A program made the translations under genes and the position numbers. DNA of 64,000 nucleotides, taken from IMG/VR virus record IMGVR_UViG_3300002132_000024, positions 1 to 64,000 of that record; one strand, 5' to 3'. Under the pieces are notes generated by a model, which saw nothing but the letters and a program-made list of their open reading frames with translations, was not told the DNA's origin and made no database searches. Origin of the DNA: an uncultured virus (IMG/VR IMGVR_UViG_3300002132_000024). Its lineage: Duplodnaviria > Heunggongvirae > Uroviricota > Caudoviricetes. The number at the start of each line of letters is the position of its first letter. Position 1 is the first letter of the stretch. Positions 9,948 through 19,576 of this stretch are shown here, piece after piece.

Positions 9948-11750
9948 ATGGCATATCAAGTAGATAAATTTAACGGAACATTCCTAGTATCAGTAGCGGA
10001 TGGCACTATTGATACTACAACAGATCTTAGATTTGTGGGTAAAAACTACGCCGGTTATGGCGAAGTACAGAACGAAAATTTCTTGCACTTACTAGAATCT
10101 TTTTCAAATACTACAGCACCACCCAAGGTTGTGACTGGTCAGATATGGTACGATTCTGCAAATCAAAAGCTAAAATTTTATAACGGTTCTAGATTTAAAC
10201 TAGCCGGCGGCGCTGAAGTTAGTGCTACTGCTCCAAGCGGATTAGCGTCAGGTGATTTTTGGTGGGATAGTTCTGCAAAACAGTTATATGCATGGAACGG
10301 TGTAGACTTTACTCTTGTTGGTCCAGTTTCGAGCCCGGATCTAGGCACATCGACGGTGAGCCCGGATACTGTAAAAGGTACAGTGTCGACCACAGTTGGC
10401 CCTCACACTATTTTAAAAATTATTGCAGATAGCAAAGTAATTGGTATCTTTAGCAAAACTGCATTTACACTTGATAATGCACAGAATACAATTGAAGACT
10501 TTTCAGTTATTAAGAAAGGGTTTACCCTTGCTAAATCTCAAACAGGTGTTTCTACTGATGATTACATCATGTGGGGCACAACACAAAATGCAATTCAACT
10601 AGGAGGTGTTGGCGCTGACCAGTTCTTGAGAAAGGGCGACAATGCGTTCACTGAAGAAGTATCGTTTGCAGATACGGGCATACAAATTGGTGACGGCAAC
10701 GACATACGAATCCGTATTGAAAATGGTGACGAAGCTATTTTCGAGAACCGATTAGGCAATTCGATTACATTTAGAATTTCTGTTGCAGAAACAACAGACG
10801 AGCGAGACATTGCAGTTATTACCTCTACAGGAGTAGTACCAGCAGATAACAATGCTTATACATTAGGATCGTCACTATCTAAGTGGAGCAACGTTTATTC
10901 TACTGTGTTTACTGGTAATCTAACAGGCAATGCTACTGGTACTACTACAGGTAGTCATTACGGTAATGTTTATTCGTCTGACAGTCAGATAATGATTGAC
11001 GGAACAACTAAGCAAATTGGGTATGCCGGAGCAAACATTGTTGGTACACTCACTGGTTCTGTGACAGGATCAGCAGCAACAGCAACAAACTCTGGTAAGT
11101 TAAACGACTTAGAACCGTCAGTGGCAGTTCCGGGGTCAGCAGTTGCTACGATTCCGGTGCGTGATGCTACTGGCAACATATATGCAACTCAATTTATTGG
11201 TATTGCTGACAAAGTAGATAGAACATTTATAGATAAAACTGATGCATTATCAGACCCAACGTGGAATGATGGTACAACGAGTACCAAATACAGAACGGCT
11301 AGACTAAGTGCAACTGCATATAGTATTGCTGCTAGAGATTCTAGTGGAAATATTACTGCTAATTTATTCAACGGAACTGCAACCGCAGCTCGCTATGCTG
11401 ACTTAGCAGAAAAATACACAACAGCAATTGAACTAGTGCCAGGTACAGCAGTGGCAGTATGTACGTGTGAAGAGCATGAAGTAGAGCCAGCAACTGCAAG
11501 TAATCATTGTATTGGTGTTGTTTCAACAAACCCAGCAATTATGATGAATAGTGATGCCGAAGGGCAATATATTGCACTTACAGGTCGTGTTCCTGTGCGT
11601 GTTAAAGGTGCTGTTAAAAAAGGTCAAGTTGTGTATGCTTGGATCGACGGCGTATGCACAACAGTAGCAACAACTGCAATGGTTGGTGTTGCATTAGAAT
11701 CAAACGCAGACGACGCTGAAAAGTTAGTTGAGTGTGTACTTAAAGTTTAA
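9948..11750 (+). CDS. Tail fibre protein (paralog 4) with C-terminal ADLAE-type chaperone-like domain
   Basis: Shared N-terminal module; C-terminal YADLAEKY...IGVVSTNP...IALTGRVPVRVKG. Confidence 0.7.
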   Translation: MAYQVDKFNGTFLVSVADGTIDTTTDLRFVGKNYAGYGEVQNENFLHLLESFSNTTAPPKVVTGQIWYDSANQKLKFYNGSRFKLAGGAEVSATAPSGLASGDFWWDSSAKQLYAWNGVDFTLVGPVSSPDLGTSTVSPDTVKGTVSTTVGPHTILKIIADSKVIGIFSKTAFTLDNAQNTIEDFSVIKKGFTLAKSQTGVSTDDYIMWGTTQNAIQLGGVGADQFLRKGDNAFTEEVSFADTGIQIGDGNDIRIRIENGDEAIFENRLGNSITFRISVAETTDERDIAVITSTGVVPADNNAYTLGSSLSKWSNVYSTVFTGNLTGNATGTTTGSHYGNVYSSDSQIMIDGTTKQIGYAGANIVGTLTGSVTGSAATATNSGKLNDLEPSVAVPGSAVATIPVRDATGNIYATQFIGIADKVDRTFIDKTDALSDPTWNDGTTSTKYRTARLSATAYSIAARDSSGNITANLFNGTATAARYADLAEKYTTAIELVPGTAVAVCTCEEHEVEPATASNHCIGVVSTNPAIMMNSDAEGQYIALTGRVPVRVKGAVKKGQVVYAWIDGVCTTVATTAMVGVALESNADDAEKLVECVLKV

Positions 11751-11759
11751 GGATAACAA

Positions 11760-12656
11760 ATGGCGTCTTCAGGATCTCAAATAACAGCAGCCGACTATAT
11801 TACTATTCAGGATAAAGCTCAGTCTTTGTTAGGAACAGGTACTGGCACCCGAGGTTATGGTCAAACCGTACAATCAGCTGACGTTTTTACAGGTAATAAT
11901 ATCACTAAAGCTCAATGGGATCTATTGAGATATGATGTCACTAGTATTCGATATCATCAAGACGGAGTTATGCCAGCTATTGTCACTGTTAATGTTGGAG
12001 ATCCAATAGGCTATGGCGGATCATCACCTAATAGCAACTATGACACTTTATTAGATCAGGCTATTGCAAACAGGTTTGTACTAGCAAATAATCAATCTAT
12101 TGTTGCAAATGCAGCATCTACTTCGTATTCGTCTACTTGGTCGTTAACAGCTACATCTGAGTTAACTGTGACATTTTCCACTCCTACTGAAGCTAGATAC
12201 TTTTTTAATAGTGGAGGCACTGTTAGGATTAATTCTATTATATCCGGGGGGTCGACAACTGCACAAGTCAATGCGTGGAAAACATTTTTATCTAGTGTAG
12301 GAACTAGAGCGTTTGGAGCTAATACTGATCCGGCTATTAACTATTATACACTTACTAACGCATATCAAACATATTATCAAAACTCATTGTCTACGCCTTA
12401 TTCTGCGAACAACTACGTACTAGAGGCTAAAACTGATGTTGCAGATAATTCATCTGGAACAGCAACAGTGTTGACTATAAAGATTACATTAAATGATAGC
12501 TATGTTGATCCACATATAGATCCCCCAGGCGATAGTGTAGACGGAACATTAACAGTTTCAGTTGCCGAAGTCAAAGCCGCTGGATCATTATTTCCTAGCG
12601 GAACGTTTGCTATAACTAGTCCTTCGTACTCACTTTCGAGTATTACAGCATCGTAA
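11760..12656 (+). CDS. Virion structural protein (paralog of the next gene)
   Basis: Shares GYGQT, WxxLRYD, ARYFFNxGG and DxVDG with 12693..13583. Confidence 0.6.
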   Translation: MASSGSQITAADYITIQDKAQSLLGTGTGTRGYGQTVQSADVFTGNNITKAQWDLLRYDVTSIRYHQDGVMPAIVTVNVGDPIGYGGSSPNSNYDTLLDQAIANRFVLANNQSIVANAASTSYSSTWSLTATSELTVTFSTPTEARYFFNSGGTVRINSIISGGSTTAQVNAWKTFLSSVGTRAFGANTDPAINYYTLTNAYQTYYQNSLSTPYSANNYVLEAKTDVADNSSGTATVLTIKITLNDSYVDPHIDPPGDSVDGTLTVSVAEVKAAGSLFPSGTFAITSPSYSLSSITAS

Positions 12657-12661
12657 GATAT

Positions 12662-12667
12662 TAAATA
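12662..12667 (+). promoter_or_regulatory. Late promoter core TAAATA
   Basis: Intergenic, upstream of 12693. Confidence 0.5.
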
Positions 12668-12692
12668 GAAACTCATATAGAAGAATATATTC

Positions 12693-13583
12693 ATGGCCGT
12701 TAACGACACAATTAAGTACACTGACTACAATAACATTAGAAATGCTGTCATTGAAGTACTCGGTGCAGGCTCAGCAACTTATGGGTATGGACAAACTCCG
12801 ATAAGTGCAAGTGTTGCTATAGGAAATAAAGTCACAGTCAACGAATGGAGTAATTTAAGATACGACATTTTAAATGCTTCATTGCATCAGAATGGTAGCT
12901 ATGCAACAGTTCCTAGTAAAACCGAAGGTCAAACAGTTGCATTTAATGCATCTACCGAACCAGTCACTTATTATAGTACGTTAGCAGCGACTCTTGCATC
13001 TAACAGATTTAATGTCGGATCTGGTCAATTTGGAGTTGCCACCGCCGTTCCAAAAACATTTACTAGTGCTTGGTCGGTGCAATTAAGGACAACAGTGACA
13101 GCTATTTGGGCAGATGCTAATGCTGCAAGATACTTCTTCAATGCAGGCGGCCAAATATTAATAAGTGCTGCTAGAGCTGGTGGAACTGCTACATCTCAAA
13201 ATACAAGTTGGTCGTCGCTATTAAGTTCTGCGGGCACACAAGGCATTGGCGGCAACAATCCAGGCGCAGGCACATCACCGACAGACGGTACTAATTGGTA
13301 TAGGACAGATAGTAATTATAGAACATTTTATTCAACCTCTGCCTCCAGCCCGTACGGATCAAACACATATTCTCTTTCAGCTAGATCAACTGCATCAAGC
13401 CTAGAAATTTTTGTTGATTTGCAAGATGGCCATACTGCTACGGGCGCTGGCCCAGATACTGTTGACGGTATACTAACAATATCAGCATCTTATAAATATC
13501 CAACTGGAACGTTGTTGCCTGCTTCGAGCACCTGGCTACAGTATGTTCCTACTTCGTTAACTGTAGCCAATATAGGCGGATAA
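12693..13583 (+). CDS. Virion structural protein (paralog of the previous gene)
   Basis: Same motifs as 11760..12656; Ser/Thr/Ala-rich. Confidence 0.6.
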   Translation: MAVNDTIKYTDYNNIRNAVIEVLGAGSATYGYGQTPISASVAIGNKVTVNEWSNLRYDILNASLHQNGSYATVPSKTEGQTVAFNASTEPVTYYSTLAATLASNRFNVGSGQFGVATAVPKTFTSAWSVQLRTTVTAIWADANAARYFFNAGGQILISAARAGGTATSQNTSWSSLLSSAGTQGIGGNNPGAGTSPTDGTNWYRTDSNYRTFYSTSASSPYGSNTYSLSARSTASSLEIFVDLQDGHTATGAGPDTVDGILTISASYKYPTGTLLPASSTWLQYVPTSLTVANIGG

Positions 13584-13584
13584 A

Positions 13585-13639
13585 TTTTTCCTTGAAACAG
13601 CTGGCCGCTAAATAAACAGCGCAGTTAATTAAGGAGAAA
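13585..13639 (+). promoter_or_regulatory. Late promoter TAAATA (13609-13614) at the loop of a hairpin that occludes the RBS
   Basis: TTTTTCCTTGA pairs with TTAAGGAGAAA; inner AGCTG/CAGTT and CGCT/AGCG pairs. Confidence 0.6.
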
Positions 13640-13641
13640 AC

Positions 13642-13992
13642 ATGCAAGAGCAACTCAAACGAGCTCTGGAGTTTGCTAATTACAAGCAAACATTTTCAAT
13701 CCAACGTAAAACTCTTAAAGAAAAAGCAGAAGCTAGATTAACCTACGGGTTTAATGGCGGCTTGTTTCACATTGACCAAACTCTTTTAACATTTGTCGAA
13801 ATGTTGTGTAATAAAGGCCGCACTAGCGGCGTTGTACTGCTAGATGTAAATGATAATCCTATTCTTATAGAAGATGTAGAAGCGTTTAAAGATGAAGTGT
13901 TTAGTAGATATTTTGAAGCTACAAATGAATACTTCGAGCATTATCAAAAATTAAAGAAGAGTCGTTCTGTAGAGAAGATGCTAGAACAATGA
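13642..13992 (+). CDS. Hypothetical protein
   Basis: AAGGAG RBS; first gene of an overlapping operon. Confidence 0.7.
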   Translation: MQEQLKRALEFANYKQTFSIQRKTLKEKAEARLTYGFNGGLFHIDQTLLTFVEMLCNKGRTSGVVLLDVNDNPILIEDVEAFKDEVFSRYFEATNEYFEHYQKLKKSRSVEKMLEQ

Positions 13993-14849
13993 CACGTGGA
14001 ATTTTAATCTATGCTCATAACAATCGAACAGTTGATTATGCGCTGATGGCTATTATATCAGGCGGCCTTGCAAAAAAACAGTTAATGGTACCTGCATCTT
14101 TAGTGACTGACCAATCGACAGTTGATTGGTTAGCTGAATCTAATATGTTAGACACAGCATCAGCTGTATTTGAAAACATCATAGTTGTAGATCGTCCACA
14201 AACAGACAATCAACGAAGATTACACGATGGTGAATCTAATATGGTTGTGCCGTTCATAAATTCAAACAGGGGATCAGCATGGGACCTAACTCCGTATGAT
14301 CGTACACTGTTAATTGACAGTGACTTTTTAATTTTTTCTAATAGACTAAGTGAATATTGGAATGTTGATGCTGACGTACTAATCGGCGAATCGATAAATG
14401 ATATATATGGTCAAGAACGATTAGGATATAACGATGTTTATATTTCAGAAGTTGGAGTAAAACTTTACTGGGCCACTACAGTTATGTTTAGTAAAACAAG
14501 TGACGCTAAGTTATTATTTGACACAGTAAATTTTGTTAAAGACCACTATCAGTACTATGCTGATATTTTTAGATTTGACAGCAGACAGTTTAGAAACGAT
14601 ATTGCATTTAGTGTAGCCAAACATATACTAGGTGGATTTGAAGAAGACGAAAATGGAATATTACCCCCTGTATTGTCTTTATTAGATAAGGATGTACTAC
14701 ATGAGGTTATTGGAGATCGCCTAACGGTGTTAGTTAGTTCCAGGTTAGGATCTGATTATTGTGCAGCAGCATTATCAGGAGTTGATGTTCATGTAATGAA
14801 TAAGCAAAGTATTATTCGTAATAAAGATAAATTACTGGAGCTAATATGA
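13989..14849 (+). CDS. GT-A fold glycosyltransferase-like protein (GT8-like)
   Basis: TPYDRTLLIDSDFL DxD motif; paralog of the next gene. Confidence 0.6.
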   Translation: MTRGILIYAHNNRTVDYALMAIISGGLAKKQLMVPASLVTDQSTVDWLAESNMLDTASAVFENIIVVDRPQTDNQRRLHDGESNMVVPFINSNRGSAWDLTPYDRTLLIDSDFLIFSNRLSEYWNVDADVLIGESINDIYGQERLGYNDVYISEVGVKLYWATTVMFSKTSDAKLLFDTVNFVKDHYQYYADIFRFDSRQFRNDIAFSVAKHILGGFEEDENGILPPVLSLLDKDVLHEVIGDRLTVLVSSRLGSDYCAAALSGVDVHVMNKQSIIRNKDKLLELI

Positions 14850-15685
14850 ACTTTGGATATCTTTTAATTGTTGCCGAACACAAGTCTGTAGATTATCTAC
14901 AATTAGCGTATGCATTAGCATTAAGTATTAAGAATACACAAAGAGAAGGCTACGACAAAGTTGCATTGGTAATTGATAGCAAAGACAAGCTAGCTAAGTT
15001 AAAGAGTCCTTGGGTATTTGATCATGTTATTGAATGGGATCAAGAAACATTCTGGGATGGTCGTAGTTGGATGGATGAACTAACACCTTTTGAGCATACA
15101 GTATGTCTAGATGTTGATATGTTGTTTACAAGAGATTATAGCCACTGGGCAGAATATTTTATTGAGAATAGTGAATTGTACGTTGCTAACAAAGCGTACA
15201 CTTACAGGGGTGAGCTAATTACAGGCACTGATTATAGAAAAACATTCGTCAGAAACGAGTTGCCTAATCTATATTCATTTTATACATTTTTTAAGAAAGA
15301 TAGCAAGCTAGTAAAAGAGTTTTTTAATCTTGGCAGAGAAATTATTAAAAACCCTATTGAATTCTCTAATATGTTTTTGTCAGCAGGCAAGCCTAAAGTT
15401 ATAGGAACAGACGAAGCATTTAGTTTATCGGCAAAAATTCTAGATATTCAAGATGATATTGCATATCCTTTAGAATTTCCTAGAGTAGTACATATGAAAC
15501 CGCTAGTACAAAATTGGCCCTGGCCTGCCACTAAGTGGAGCGACCATGTTGGATTTTATTTTGGTAAGGGCGGACAATTGAAAATTGGAAATTATCAACA
15601 GCACGACATCGTTCATTATGTAGAAAAAGATAAAATTACAGATGAAGTTATAAGTGTGTTAGAGGAAATAGCATGGAAAAAATGA
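14846..15685 (+). CDS. GT-A fold glycosyltransferase-like protein (GT8-like)
   Basis: TPFEHTVCLDVDML DxD motif, GTDEAF, VHMK. Confidence 0.6.
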   Translation: MNFGYLLIVAEHKSVDYLQLAYALALSIKNTQREGYDKVALVIDSKDKLAKLKSPWVFDHVIEWDQETFWDGRSWMDELTPFEHTVCLDVDMLFTRDYSHWAEYFIENSELYVANKAYTYRGELITGTDYRKTFVRNELPNLYSFYTFFKKDSKLVKEFFNLGREIIKNPIEFSNMFLSAGKPKVIGTDEAFSLSAKILDIQDDIAYPLEFPRVVHMKPLVQNWPWPATKWSDHVGFYFGKGGQLKIGNYQQHDIVHYVEKDKITDEVISVLEEIAWKK

Positions 15686-16290
15686 TAGACTTTGACGAAT
15701 GGTTAGCTAATTATATTCCTGAGCCAACCAAGTATGTTGCAGTGTTTGATCCTGAAACAGGCGCAGTAAAATCAGTTGGCCCGGATCATGCTTTTACAAC
15801 AGAGAAAAATAAGATTTCTTTAGATACAGAAACTGCAGAATCTATTATCAACAGCGAAATTATGATTCATAAATGCTTTGTTGACATAGATTCGAGTAGT
15901 TTAGAAATAGCTGAAACAAAAAGCATTTTTAAAATTGATGATGTTTTACATAGAATCTCGTCAATTGAATTTTCGGATATTATAAAACCTGATGTTTATT
16001 TGGCATACTCATCAAAAAATAAAACTCTAAAAATTCAATTGTCAGCAGAACTAGGCGGAACTAAAAAAGTAAAAGGTGATATCAAAAAAAGAAAAATTGT
16101 TTGGGATGGTGACACTGAAATGAATTTTTTAATTACCGAATACAACGATCCGAACTTGATCTTTGAGATGTTTTCTGTTAAAATTAATGAACTAGTAGGT
16201 AAAACTAAAACATTAAAAGATATTGATTATGAAAATTTCAGTGTGTATACTAGACGCTTATTTAAAAATTATGTAATAGAGTATAAATGA
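15673..16290 (+). CDS. Hypothetical protein
   Basis: Overlapping ORF inside the operon. Confidence 0.65.
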   Translation: MEKMIDFDEWLANYIPEPTKYVAVFDPETGAVKSVGPDHAFTTEKNKISLDTETAESIINSEIMIHKCFVDIDSSSLEIAETKSIFKIDDVLHRISSIEFSDIIKPDVYLAYSSKNKTLKIQLSAELGGTKKVKGDIKKRKIVWDGDTEMNFLITEYNDPNLIFEMFSVKINELVGKTKTLKDIDYENFSVYTRRLFKNYVIEYK

Positions 16291-17180
16291 AAACAGTAGA
16301 ATTTGACGTTATATTTTTAAGTTATGATGAGCCTAATGCTGATCTGCATTATGCTGACTTGTGTAATAAAGTACCATGGGCAAAACGAGTTCACGGCGTC
16401 AAAGGCAGTGATCATGCACACAAAGCCGCAGCTGAACTCAGCGATACTGAATGGTTTATTACTGTTGACGCTGATAACATTGTTGATCCTGCTTTCTTTA
16501 ATCTAGAATTAGACATGAGCGATCCTAAGATACAAGTCTATGGATGGTGCGGCCGCAATACTATTAACGGATTGCGATATGGCAACGGCGGCGTGAAAAT
16601 CTGGAAGAAAGATTTTGTACTCGATATGCGTACACACGAAAATTCGGACAGTGATAGAGGTCAAGTAGACTTCTGTTGGGAAGATGGCTATAAAAACTTT
16701 CCTAGAGTTTATAGCGAAAGTATTATTACAGGAAGTCCGTTCCAAGCCTGGCGTGCTGGATTCCGTGAAGGTGTTAAAATGACTCTACTTGACGGAGTTA
16801 AAGTTCCACCTCAGGAAATTAAAGAGAGTATATGGTGGCACAATATCCATAGATTACGTATGTGGTCAACTGTAGGCATGCATGAAGAAAACGGAGTGTA
16901 TGCAATCCTTGGCGCCCGTATGGGAACGTACATGACTAATTGTACAGATTGGAATTACATTGACGTTAGAGACTTTGAAATATTAAGAGACATCTACGAA
17001 GAAAAAGTTAATCATACTAATCCCGAAGCTGATGCACGAGCGTTAGGCGTACAACTTAAACAGCAACTTGGACTAGACTGGCCTAACTTTGATTCACAAC
17101 AGAGCAAATATATTTTAGATCTGTATGACGAAACAATTAATCTAGGCTTAACGTATTATCGGATGCCCGATAATGTATGA
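16287..17180 (+). CDS. GT-A (GT2-like) glycosyltransferase
   Basis: VIFLSYDEP...GVKGSDHAH...TVDADN...NGLRYGNGGVK...AWRAGFRE. Confidence 0.6.
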   Translation: MKTVEFDVIFLSYDEPNADLHYADLCNKVPWAKRVHGVKGSDHAHKAAAELSDTEWFITVDADNIVDPAFFNLELDMSDPKIQVYGWCGRNTINGLRYGNGGVKIWKKDFVLDMRTHENSDSDRGQVDFCWEDGYKNFPRVYSESIITGSPFQAWRAGFREGVKMTLLDGVKVPPQEIKESIWWHNIHRLRMWSTVGMHEENGVYAILGARMGTYMTNCTDWNYIDVRDFEILRDIYEEKVNHTNPEADARALGVQLKQQLGLDWPNFDSQQSKYILDLYDETINLGLTYYRMPDNV

Positions 17181-18225
17181 TATTTTTTATGTCGGAAAAG
17201 GATCAGTAGATAACGATGCTTGGGAAAGATTCAAACATCGGTTTCCTAATGCACAGAAACTTGAAAATATAAAAACATTTGAAGAAGTTAAATCTAAGGC
17301 ATTTACTAAATTTTTCTGGGTAGTGTGGGATTATGTTAATCTTAAAGAAGTTTTTAATTTAGATTATCGTATTCCTAAATGGGACGAAGAATACATTCAT
17401 GTTTTTAAAAATGGTGATTATTATGATGGTATTTGTATATTTCCTAAAGCCGCACGTATACTACAACGTGAATGGGATTATAGATTTTTTACTAAAAAGA
17501 AAGAAATAGAATATCAAGCCAGCATACCGCAGATGTCTGATGTTGTGTTTATATCCTATCACGAACCGTTTGCAGTTGAACGATTTGCAGATCTGGTTCC
17601 TAGATTAAGAGGAAATAAAATCTTCTGGATTAAAGATATTAAAGGTATACATCAAGCACACATTGAAGCAGCAAAGACAGCTACTACTGACATGTTTTAT
17701 GTAGTTGATGCAGATGCGATTATTGAGAATACGTTTAAGTTTGATCACTACATTCCGCACTATGACTTTAATGCAAAGCAAACAGTGCATGTATGGCAAA
17801 GTAGAAACCCGGTTAACGGTTTAGAATATGGTAATGGTGGAGTTAAACTATTACCTAGACAACTAACTATAGACATGGATTTATCTAAACCAGATATGAC
17901 TACAAGTATTAGTAAATGGTTTAGGCCTATGCAATCAGTATCTAACATAAACGGATTTAATACTGATCCGTTTAATACTTGGAAAAGTGCATTTAGAGAA
18001 TGTGCCAAGCTAGCTAGTCGTGTGATTGAGCGACAACAAGACGAAGAAACGCAGTATAGATTAAAAGTATGGTGTGAAGACTCAAGTGACGAAAATGCAA
18101 TCGATGGTGCCAATGCTGGAAAAGAATACGGTATTAAACACAAGACAGATTTAGAAACACTTAAAAAAATCAACGACTTTGCTTGGTTAAAGGAACAGTT
18201 CGATGGACGACTTAGAAAGAATTAA
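17173..18225 (+). CDS. GT-A (GT2-like) glycosyltransferase with a degenerate duplicated N-terminal domain
   Basis: VFISYHEP...KGIHQAH...VVDADA...NGLEYGNGGVK...WKSAFRE; paralog of the previous gene. Confidence 0.6.
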   Translation: MYDIFYVGKGSVDNDAWERFKHRFPNAQKLENIKTFEEVKSKAFTKFFWVVWDYVNLKEVFNLDYRIPKWDEEYIHVFKNGDYYDGICIFPKAARILQREWDYRFFTKKKEIEYQASIPQMSDVVFISYHEPFAVERFADLVPRLRGNKIFWIKDIKGIHQAHIEAAKTATTDMFYVVDADAIIENTFKFDHYIPHYDFNAKQTVHVWQSRNPVNGLEYGNGGVKLLPRQLTIDMDLSKPDMTTSISKWFRPMQSVSNINGFNTDPFNTWKSAFRECAKLASRVIERQQDEETQYRLKVWCEDSSDENAIDGANAGKEYGIKHKTDLETLKKINDFAWLKEQFDGRLRKN

Positions 18226-19576
18226 AAAGTTCATTCCTATTATGAATGAAGTTTCGCCTACGTTCTGTATGGCTAAATGGCATCACACGACAATTTACTT
18301 AGGTACAGGAGAAACACATAGTTGTTATCATCCCGCCCCGCACAAGATTCCTATGCAGGAAATCTTTATTGATCCTAGTGCGCTACATAATACTGAACAG
18401 AAAAAACTTGAACGACTAGAAATGCTCAACGGTGGTAAGCCCGCTGGTTGCAACTACTGCTGGAAAATCGAAGCAATGGGCGATAGCTACGTTAGTGATC
18501 GCAAGGAACGCAATAGTACAATTTATACTCCAGAAAGATTTGAACAAATTCGAGACGGTGACTGGGATCAGAATATAAACCCGCAATACATTGAAGTTAG
18601 CTTTGGCAACGAATGTAATTTTAAATGCGGGTACTGCCATCCTAAGCACAGTAGCTCGTACTACAAAGAGATTAAAGATCACGGCCCCTACGACATGGTT
18701 AAGAATCACCGCAACGACATTGACTGGTTTAAGATTTATGAAGAAGATAACAACCCTTATGTTGATGCCTGGTGGCGTTGGTGGCCCGAAGTAAAGAAAA
18801 CTTTAACCATCCTTCGTATCACCGGAGGCGAACCGTTGCTTCAAAAATCAACATGGAAGCTATTAGAAGATCTTGAACAGAATCCTCTGCCTAACTTAGA
18901 ACTTAATATCAATACTAATTTCGGAGTTAAGCCAGTACTAGTAGAACGATTGGTTGAAAAGGTAAACAATCTAGTTAACAACGGAAAGATCAAAGACTTT
19001 AAAGTTTTCACGAGCATTGATACATGGGGTCCAGCAGCAGAGTACATACGTACTGGCCTAGACTTGAATGTATGGGAACAGAATTTAGATACATATCTAA
19101 CAAGAACATCTCTACCTATTACATTCATGATAACGTTTAACATACTATCAGTGACAAACTTTCAAAGTCTGCTAGAAAAGATTTTAGAATGGCGTGAGAA
19201 GTACAATGGATCTACGCAAAGCAAATGGCAGCGTGTACGCTTTGATACACCGTTCCTAAAAGAACCGTTGCAATATGATATGAATATATTGCCTAAAGAG
19301 GAGTTTATGCCATACATGCAAAGTCACCTAGACTTCATTCTAGCCAATTTAGACGATAAAAACCGCTTTAAATTCAACGACTTAGAGTATGCTAAATTTG
19401 AAAGAGTCGTTAAATACATGGAATCAGCTATCTATGCCCCAGAGAAGATTAAAGAAGGCAAACTAGACTTCTTTAATTGGTTCACTGAACATGACCGCCG
19501 TCGTAATACCGATTTCTCTAAGACTTTTCCAAGACTAGCAAATTTCTTTGAAAGCTGCAACAGTGAGATGCTATGA
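18203..19576 (+). CDS. Radical SAM protein with N-terminal SPASM/twitch-like Cys cluster
   Basis: CNFKCGYC, ITGGEP, NTN; N-terminal CMAKW...SCYH...CNYCW. Confidence 0.85.
   Translation: MDDLERIKKFIPIMNEVSPTFCMAKWHHTTIYLGTGETHSCYHPAPHKIPMQEIFIDPSALHNTEQKKLERLEMLNGGKPAGCNYCWKIEAMGDSYVSDRKERNSTIYTPERFEQIRDGDWDQNINPQYIEVSFGNECNFKCGYCHPKHSSSYYKEIKDHGPYDMVKNHRNDIDWFKIYEEDNNPYVDAWWRWWPEVKKTLTILRITGGEPLLQKSTWKLLEDLEQNPLPNLELNINTNFGVKPVLVERLVEKVNNLVNNGKIKDFKVFTSIDTWGPAAEYIRTGLDLNVWEQNLDTYLTRTSLPITFMITFNILSVTNFQSLLEKILEWREKYNGSTQSKWQRVRFDTPFLKEPLQYDMNILPKEEFMPYMQSHLDFILANLDDKNRFKFNDLEYAKFERVVKYMESAIYAPEKIKEGKLDFFNWFTEHDRRRNTDFSKTFPRLANFFESCNSEML

Noticed and set aside
7282..11750. Diversity-generating retroelement targeting fibre tips
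   Set aside because: No reverse transcriptase and no template/variable repeat pair seen in the window
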